Source: Polyangiaceae bacterium (GTDB lineage Bacteria > Myxococcota_A > Polyangia > Polyangiales > Polyangiaceae). From it: a stretch of DNA of 64,000 bases. Shown one piece after another: positions 57,754 to 64,000 of the stretch; the first letter of the stretch is position 1; each line of letters opens with the position of its first letter. A program made the translations under genes and the position numbers. The notes under the pieces are model-generated. The model had not been told where the DNA came from. It saw only the letters and a program-made list of their open reading frames with translations, and did not search any database. The stretch is from contig JBILLK010000010.1 of the NCBI GenBank assembly GCA_044376115.1, positions 1-64,000 of the forward strand, read 5' to 3'.

Positions 57754-58938
57754 GTGCGTAGCCTGGCCACCTCTCTTCTTTTCGCAGTCGCTTGTGGCAA
57801 CGCCGATAGTGGTTCCTCGCCAAGCGCCAGCAGCTCGGCTGCCGCGCCCGGCGCAGGTGCGGTGCTGCAGGCGGCCGAGAATCAGACCGCGACCTCCTCT
57901 TCGGCCAAGGCCGCGCCAGCGGCGAAGCCCGTGGTCGACATTCCCGCCGGGAGCTTCAGCTTTGGCAGCTTGCCTGGGGATCGCGGGCGCAACGCCGCAC
58001 TTGAGCCGGTCGCTGCGCAGGTTGAGGTCTCCGCGTTCGACATCGACCGACTCTACTATCCGAATGAGCCTGGAACCCCTCCGCTCTTGACCGCCTCACG
58101 GGAGAAGGCGGCTGAGCTTTGTAAGAGCCGCGGTCGCAGGCTGTGCACAGAGCTCGAATGGGAGCGCGCTTGCAAAGGCCCCGATGGCAACGAGTATGCA
58201 GGTCAGGGGCTGTGGGACTCGGCCTGCAGCGAGAGGCCTTCCAGCTGCGCGTCGGGCTTTGGCGTACTCGGCCTCGGAAGCTATCGCGAGTGGACGGCGA
58301 GCTCCCGAGAAGGTGAAGGCAAATCCCAAGGCATCATCAAAGGTGCGCCCAAAGGCGGCAGTGATCTCGAGAGGCGATGTGCAGCGCGCAAACCGCTCGA
58401 ATCATCGAACAGCGATGGCAGCGTTGCCTTTCGATGTTGTGGTGGCAGCGCCAATGAGCGGGCCGTTCCCGAGCCAATCGCCAAGCCATCGTTTGAGAAG
58501 ACCGAGCTCGCCCCAGCCGAGCTCGAGCTCATTTTTTCGGCCGTGCCCGAACTCTCGAAGCTGAAGCCTCCGGTCAAATACTTCGAGGAAGAGTCGGCGA
58601 AGAAGGAGGTCGTGCAGCGCGCCAAGGAGCCCGATACGAAGGGCTACGAGCTCATCACGTCACCGCTCATCTGGCGTCCTGAGCGGGGAGAGGAGCTCGT
58701 TTTGGTCACCGGCCAAGCGGGAGAAGACGCGTTCATCCTCGCGCTCCACCGGCTTCCCGAAGGCAAGCACCGCATCGCGAGCAGCCTGATTCTGCGCAAA
58801 GAGCCCGCGCCGGTGGTGCTCGCGTTCGATCGCTCGGTGAGCACCCGCCTCGCGTGGGCGACCTGCTGGCAGTGCCCCTCAGAGTCGGGGAAGATCAGCT
58901 ATCGCGACGACCGGCGCATCATCATTACGCAAGAATGA
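57754..58938 (+). CDS. FGE/SUMF1-domain lipoprotein
   Basis: AVAC lipobox, RRLCTELEWERAC, REWT, FRCC. Confidence 0.85.
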   Translation: MRSLATSLLFAVACGNADSGSSPSASSSAAAPGAGAVLQAAENQTATSSSAKAAPAAKPVVDIPAGSFSFGSLPGDRGRNAALEPVAAQVEVSAFDIDRLYYPNEPGTPPLLTASREKAAELCKSRGRRLCTELEWERACKGPDGNEYAGQGLWDSACSERPSSCASGFGVLGLGSYREWTASSREGEGKSQGIIKGAPKGGSDLERRCAARKPLESSNSDGSVAFRCCGGSANERAVPEPIAKPSFEKTELAPAELELIFSAVPELSKLKPPVKYFEEESAKKEVVQRAKEPDTKGYELITSPLIWRPERGEELVLVTGQAGEDAFILALHRLPEGKHRIASSLILRKEPAPVVLAFDRSVSTRLAWATCWQCPSESGKISYRDDRRIIITQE

Positions 58939-59857
58939 CGGCGGGCGGGGCCTCGGTCAGCGGGGCTAACGCAAGATCGAGAAACGCGTTGATGCGCTGC
59001 TCAACGGCTTCACGCTGCTCCAACGGGACAGCGTGTGTTCCCTCGAGCATGAGCAGCTCGCCCTTGGGCATGGCCTTCGCCATTTCCTCCGCAAGTCGCG
59101 GCGGAGTGAACGAGTCCCGATCGCTGGCGATCACCAACGCTGGAACCTCCACGTTCGGCAACAGGTCGAGCGCCGAATGATCGCCGGCAAGGCGCAACAT
59201 CTTGAGGAACATCAGCGGATCCATGTCCACCATGTGTTCGAGGTAAGGCAGCAGATCCTCGGGCGACATCCGCTTCGAGTCGACCTCCCCAAGGGCAAAC
59301 GCCATCTTGAGCGCCAGCTCCGGAGGGACACCGCCCCATAGTGCCCGCGTCAAGTACGGGTGCCGCGTTACCAGCTCAATCAAACGAGGGAGCAACTGCG
59401 CGAGTGCATCCGACCCTTTGAAGGTATGGGTCACACGTCCAGGGGCACCACAAATCAACACGATGCCGCGAACCCCAGCCGAGTGCTCACGCAGGCTCTC
59501 GAGCACGACTTGGCAGCCCATCGAATGGCCAAACAGGACAACCTCCGGGTTGCCGAGCGAGGCCCGCACCGCAGCCAAGTCTGCCGCGTGCTGAGCTACC
59601 CCGAGCCGCTCCGGATCCCGCGGTACCTGCGAACGGCCGTGTCCCCGATAGTTCCAATGGGCAACGCTCGTCCGAAGCGCCAGCTGCTCCCAGAGATACT
59701 TCCAGATGAAGCCGTCACAGGCGATCCCATCGCAGAGCACCGAGACGATCTCTGATGGCCCAGCCCTTCGTCGAGTGAAGAGCTGGGTCCCGTCGTCAGC
59801 GGCAACGATGACGTCGCGAGGCTCAGTCTCCAGCGTCGTCGTCGTCGGCAACGTCAT
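58925..59857 (-). CDS. Alpha/beta hydrolase
   Basis: WNYRGHGRS, GHSMG, DRDSFTP, GTHAVPLE. Confidence 0.9.
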   Translation of the reverse strand: MTLPTTTTLETEPRDVIVAADDGTQLFTRRRAGPSEIVSVLCDGIACDGFIWKYLWEQLALRTSVAHWNYRGHGRSQVPRDPERLGVAQHAADLAAVRASLGNPEVVLFGHSMGCQVVLESLREHSAGVRGIVLICGAPGRVTHTFKGSDALAQLLPRLIELVTRHPYLTRALWGGVPPELALKMAFALGEVDSKRMSPEDLLPYLEHMVDMDPLMFLKMLRLAGDHSALDLLPNVEVPALVIASDRDSFTPPRLAEEMAKAMPKGELLMLEGTHAVPLEQREAVEQRINAFLDLALAPLTEAPPAVILA

Positions 59858-60044
59858 TGACGCTGGGGAGCTTTTTGATCTCGAGGCGCGCAAGCTTCCA
59901 AGCCCGCTGCACAACCCAGGATAGCGAACGGTCCAGACGAGCTGCCTCGTCCTTGATCTCCTGAAGCATAGACTCTGGGAAGTAGAGACTCTGCTTCCTC
60001 TTGTCCGTCTTCGACGCTTCCGAACTTCGGTCTTTGTCGTTCAT
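59823..60044 (-). CDS. TIGR04563 (MXAN_4361/4362)-family small protein, RHH-like
   Basis: DKRKQSLYFPESMLQEIKDEAARLDRSLSWVVQRAWK. Confidence 0.88.
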   Translation of the reverse strand: MNDKDRSSEASKTDKRKQSLYFPESMLQEIKDEAARLDRSLSWVVQRAWKLARLEIKKLPSVNDVADDDDAGD

Positions 60045-60155
60045 AGCCAGAAGAAGAACTACACGAGCCAATGAATAAACTCCAGCGTAGTGTTCCGACA
60101 CACGAAGTAGTACCCGTGTCTAAGGTTCCGCCGAAGCTGCGCAGTAAACGCGTGT

Positions 60156-60539
60156 CTAAGGTTTGAGGCTGCGCTTGCGATCGAGTTGGCTTCGCACCTG
60201 TTCCACCAACACTCGCAGTGGCACGGGCTTCGTGAACTGGAACACGGCCCCTCGTTTGAGCGCGCTCATCCGCATCTCGTCGCTCTGATCGGCGGTTACC
60301 ACAAACACAGCCGTACCCGCGTGTTTGCCCTCCGAGAAGGCTTTGTCGAGCACGTCCAGGCCCCCCATGCCGGGCATCCGTAGATCCAGGATCACAGCGT
60401 CGAAGGACCGGACGGCCAGCATGGCTACGGCTGCCAAACCGCTCTCGGCGACTTGAACTTCGCCGAGCTGCCCGAGCGCTGTGGCATAAAGTCGGGCGAT
60501 CGCCGCATCGTCATCGACCACGAGAATGGACTTCGTCAT
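60156..60539 (-). CDS. Single-domain response regulator
   Basis: ILVVDDD, ILDLRMP, VTA, TKP. Confidence 0.9.
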   Translation of the reverse strand: MTKSILVVDDDAAIARLYATALGQLGEVQVAESGLAAVAMLAVRSFDAVILDLRMPGMGGLDVLDKAFSEGKHAGTAVFVVTADQSDEMRMSALKRGAVFQFTKPVPLRVLVEQVRSQLDRKRSLKP

Positions 60540-61374
60540 GCGGGCGAATCAACGATACCCCGCTCCAACCACCCCCGCCAACTTCTCACGAGACTACCGG
60601 CTACCCGTGCCCTCCCCCTCAGCTGCCTTTCGTCCCCGCGCAACACGGCCCGCAATCGTGGGTCACCGAGGCTCACGTGGTGTGTTCGCTGAGAACACGC
60701 TTTGTTCCATTGAGGAGGGCCACCGCCAAGGAGCGGACGCCGTCGAGATCGACGTGCGGCCCTGCGGCTCCGGTGAAATAGTCGTCGTCCATGATCCCGA
60801 CATGTTGCGGGTTTCGGGCTGTTCTGCGCCCGTTCACGAGCTTTCGCTAACGGAGTTGCGCAGGCTCGATCTCGGGGGTGGAGCGACGGTGCCAACGCTC
60901 GAGGAGGTGCTTCGACGAGCCCGGCAGCTGCGCTTGGGAGTCAACATCGAGCTCAAGCACGACGTTCCTTCCCGCTGGGCACTGGCGCGTGGTGTAGCCA
61001 GCGAGGTGGCCGACTTCCGCGACGTCGAGCTGCTGATCTCCTCCTTCGATCCGCGCGTGCTCGCGCTTCACCGCCTGCTGCAACCACGGCTTTGCCACGC
61101 CCAACTCATCCACCGCTCCGACTATCACGACTGGGCGTTTCGCATCGCCAGGACCCGGGTATTTGACGGCGTCAACCTGGAGGATTGTTTGGTTCACCGC
61201 CAACACCTCGCGTGGTTCGAGCGGCGCGGCTTCGTCAACGCTTGGACGGTCAATGATGCGACGCTCGCAAAGCAGCTGTTCTCCGCAGGCGTGGGAGCCA
61301 TCATCACCGACGTTCCGCAACAAATTCTGCAGGCCTTCACGGCTGAGGAAGAGACGCGAGCGGAGCAACGTTGA
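60526..61374 (+). CDS. Glycerophosphodiester phosphodiesterase
   Basis: GHRG, ENT, EIDV, HD, NIELK, WTVN, ITD; true start probably downstream of 60526. Confidence 0.9.
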   Translation: MDFVMRANQRYPAPTTPANFSRDYRLPVPSPSAAFRPRATRPAIVGHRGSRGVFAENTLCSIEEGHRQGADAVEIDVRPCGSGEIVVVHDPDMLRVSGCSAPVHELSLTELRRLDLGGGATVPTLEEVLRRARQLRLGVNIELKHDVPSRWALARGVASEVADFRDVELLISSFDPRVLALHRLLQPRLCHAQLIHRSDYHDWAFRIARTRVFDGVNLEDCLVHRQHLAWFERRGFVNAWTVNDATLAKQLFSAGVGAIITDVPQQILQAFTAEEETRAEQR

Positions 61375-62903
61375 GCAAGCCCCCGGCCCTAACCGATCCC
61401 TACGCCGGTGGCGACTCCGAGCCCCCCTCGTCCGAGGCTCCCGCTTCGTCCGAGGGGCCGGCCTCAACGCCAGAAAGCGCGCGCATCGGTTCGCCGATTC
61501 ACCACGGCTTGCTCCCCAAAGGTCCTCCGCCGCGGCCGCGCAAGCGCACTCGACGACGCCCTCGCCGATGGCGCAGTGCCTTACTAGCGATTGGCCTCGC
61601 GAGCGGCCTAATCGGGCTCAGCCTCCTCGGGTATCTCGGCTATCAACGTTTGCTCAAGAGCTCCCCGGGCGCTGTCTTCCCACTGAACCATCCTGGGTCT
61701 TTGCCTGCAAACACGGTCGCCGTTCAGCGCTTCACGCGAACCAATCCCCCCGGCTTCGTCGACCACGAGGCCGCCCTTTGGTCCTATCTGGCCGCAACCT
61801 TCTGCGGCGGGGAGGATCTATTTCGAGCGCTAGCCAACTCGGACAACAGCGGCTTCCGTGAAGAGGCCGCCCGCATGCTGAGAGAGCCGCGCGCCACGCG
61901 CGACAGCCTGCTGTGCGGACGCAGCTTTGCTGACGTGGCAGACGAGGACACCTTCGTCATTCACGCGCTCGGCGAGCCTAGCTTGCCCAGCGAGACCGAT
62001 GAGCAGCCGAAGGCCGTGCCCAGCGCGCCGATTCGAACAGCGACGCTGATGAAGCTGAAGCGCCGCGAAGCGCCCAAATCACGCCGCCAATACGCCTTCG
62101 CGCGCGAGGCCCTCGGCCTCGGCGAGGTGCGTTGTCTGGTCGAAGATCCCGCTGCCATCACGACCTGCTCGCCGGCGAGCCCCGCCAGCGCTCATCTCGA
62201 GGGCACCGACTATTGGCTTGGCGGCAGCTCGCTCGACACCATCGTTATGCTGGGCCGAACCCTCTCCCCAACCAAAGGGAATGAGTGGGCGGACCCAACC
62301 GATTTGACAGCGTTGGCGGCTAAGGTCTCTTCAGCCCAACGCGCTGCGGTGGGCAAAGGTGCCTTCATGAACCCAGACTTCTTGCGGCTAATGGGCGTCA
62401 ACGCGCATGAACCCCCAGAAGTAGCAGCGCTGATTGCGCTGCTCGCGGACAAGGACGCGCTCTTCGCCGAGGCCGACGACGTCAGCTTCGCAGGGGGCCG
62501 CTACAAACTTTTTCTACTAGCCTCTCAGGCACCTGATGCCATCGATATCGAACAGGGGCTGCGCGCCCTTCACGAGGCGGTGCTTTCACCCGAATCCGAG
62601 CACTCGCCGAAGCGCGATCAGGCCTTCAGCCGTTTTGAGCGAGCGCAGCACGAGGCAGGCGTTCGAGCCATCAAGCTCGCCACCGTCGAACGCGACGAGC
62701 GCTGGGTTATCGCGAGCTACGAGGTCAGTCTGAACGACGAGCAACGGGAGGCAACACAGGAGTGGCTGCTCGAGCAAAACCAGCGGCGCGCTGGGGCTGC
62801 GGAGATCATCGATCAACTCGTCACCGACGAACCAATCAGCAACGAAGCCTTGGTTCGGACAGGAGGCGCGGCCTTGCTCGACCGAGTACGCAGGCGCCAG
62901 TGA
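61371..62903 (+). CDS. Hypothetical single-TM membrane protein
   Basis: Pro/Arg-rich N-terminus, TM helix, large C-terminal domain; TTGA overlap. Confidence 0.65.
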   Translation: MSKPPALTDPYAGGDSEPPSSEAPASSEGPASTPESARIGSPIHHGLLPKGPPPRPRKRTRRRPRRWRSALLAIGLASGLIGLSLLGYLGYQRLLKSSPGAVFPLNHPGSLPANTVAVQRFTRTNPPGFVDHEAALWSYLAATFCGGEDLFRALANSDNSGFREEAARMLREPRATRDSLLCGRSFADVADEDTFVIHALGEPSLPSETDEQPKAVPSAPIRTATLMKLKRREAPKSRRQYAFAREALGLGEVRCLVEDPAAITTCSPASPASAHLEGTDYWLGGSSLDTIVMLGRTLSPTKGNEWADPTDLTALAAKVSSAQRAAVGKGAFMNPDFLRLMGVNAHEPPEVAALIALLADKDALFAEADDVSFAGGRYKLFLLASQAPDAIDIEQGLRALHEAVLSPESEHSPKRDQAFSRFERAQHEAGVRAIKLATVERDERWVIASYEVSLNDEQREATQEWLLEQNQRRAGAAEIIDQLVTDEPISNEALVRTGGAALLDRVRRRQ

Positions 62904-62952
62904 CAACCTAGTTCTACGTGACGCTCGCTGGCGCTCGATCTATTGAAGCAAC

Positions 62953-63501
62953 GTGCAACGGAAGATCAGCTCTGCGCTGCTCGTCGACGACGACACCGCC
63001 TTTCGCTGCGCTCTTCAGGGAGCGTTGCGCAGGCGAGGTGTGCGCGCGGTCACCGCGGCCAGCATCGATGAGGGCGCGCACCTCTTGAGTGACGAGACCG
63101 TCGACCTCGTGGCCGTGGACTTTCGCATGCCGGGCGGGGATGGGCTAACGGCGATCAGCCGCTACCGCAAACTCTGCCCCGACGCTGTGATCGTGATGCT
63201 GACTGGCTTCGGAGACATCCCGCTCACAGTTGCCGCCATGCGCGAGGGCGCCGACACCTTGATGACCAAGCCGGTGGACGTGGAGAAGTTGCTCCGTGAA
63301 GCGGCGTCCATTCGACCGAACGAGCTGCGCAGCGAGTCGCGCGCTCCGGTGTCCGCTCGCAGTTTGAAGCTGGCGGAAGTGGAGCGCGAAACGATCGAGA
63401 CGGCCCTGGCCAATGCTGGCGGCGTAGTCGCAACCGCCGCCAAAATGCTCGGTATCGACCGCAGAACGCTGCAGCGGAAGCTGCGACGCCTCGGAAGTTG
63501 A
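62953..63501 (+). CDS. RegA/PrrA-like response regulator (REC + Fis HTH)
   Basis: LLVDDD, DFRMP, LTGFG, TKP, AAKMLGIDRRTLQRKL. Confidence 0.9.
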   Translation: MQRKISSALLVDDDTAFRCALQGALRRRGVRAVTAASIDEGAHLLSDETVDLVAVDFRMPGGDGLTAISRYRKLCPDAVIVMLTGFGDIPLTVAAMREGADTLMTKPVDVEKLLREAASIRPNELRSESRAPVSARSLKLAEVERETIETALANAGGVVATAAKMLGIDRRTLQRKLRRLGS

Positions 63502-63505
63502 GCCC

Positions 63506-64000
63506 ATGTCTACGCTTCGAAAGAGCCTCCTCGCCTCGCTGTCTCGTGAACCCTTCGATGTGCTCGTCATCGGCGCGGGCATCAACGGCGCCGTAACGGC
63601 GGCGTGCCTAGCCGCACGCGGAGCCAAGGTCGCGCTGATCGATCGAGGAGACTTCGCTGGCTTCACCAGCCAACACTCCTCCAATCTGGCCTGGGGCGGC
63701 ATCAAGTACATGGAGAGCTTCGAGTTCGGGCTCGTCCGTAAACTGTGCAAGTCGCGCAACCACCTCATCGACAGTTACCCTTCCACGGTCCGAGAGATCC
63801 GCTTCTTGGCCACCCATGAGCGCGGGTTTCGGCACGGACTCTGGAAGCTCGTGATTGGCACCTGGCTTTACTGGCTTATCGGCAGCTTCTTTACGAAGCG
63901 CCCGCGGCGCCTCTCGGTAGGTGAGCTAAGCGCTGAGGAGCCTTTACTCAACGCAGATATTTGCGACGGTGGCTTCGAGTACTCCGACGCCTTCCTGCAT
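63506..64000 (+). CDS. glpD: FAD-dependent glycerol-3-phosphate dehydrogenase-like protein (runs off window)
   Basis: FDVLVIGAGINGA...DRGDFAGFTSQHSSNLAWGGIKY, open to the window end. Confidence 0.8.
   Translation, partial: MSTLRKSLLASLSREPFDVLVIGAGINGAVTAACLAARGAKVALIDRGDFAGFTSQHSSNLAWGGIKYMESFEFGLVRKLCKSRNHLIDSYPSTVREIRFLATHERGFRHGLWKLVIGTWLYWLIGSFFTKRPRRLSVGELSAEEPLLNADICDGGFEYSDAFLH

Noticed and set aside
1..64000. tRNA/rRNA genes, prophage, reverse transcriptase or recognisable defence genes
   Set aside because: None recognised in the intergenic regions or ORF translations by eye.

Overview
A high-GC, gene-dense chromosomal window that looks myxobacterial, most likely Polyangiaceae/Sorangiineae-like. 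That assignment is inferred from the gene content: TIGR04563-type small protein, TIGR02266-type PilZ protein, FHA-GAF-cyclase and Gly/Cys-rich lipoproteins. The window opens in the left end of an IS21-family element, followed by two different non-coding palindrome arrays. Next come a small redox/electrophile-stress island (LysR and NemR-like TetR, each with visible operators) and mostly housekeeping and signalling genes: def, engB, accA, rnr, add, ftsEX-envC, fmt-like, ligD/ku, fabV-like, pilD, glpQ-like and glpD. The strongest unexplained signals are: (1) a sigma54-driven ~58-nt single-hairpin sRNA with a poly-C loop at ~30953-31010; (2) a pair of NuoL/NuoM-like membrane proteins that have lost the proton-pumping charged residues and gained PEGA/Ig-like extracytoplasmic domains; (3) the ~42-bp-phased and 72-bp palindrome arrays next to the IS21 end; (4) a vWA + TPR/HEAT + acidic-ankyrin cluster with no MoxR ATPase in the window. 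All calls are from reading the sequence; no searches were run.
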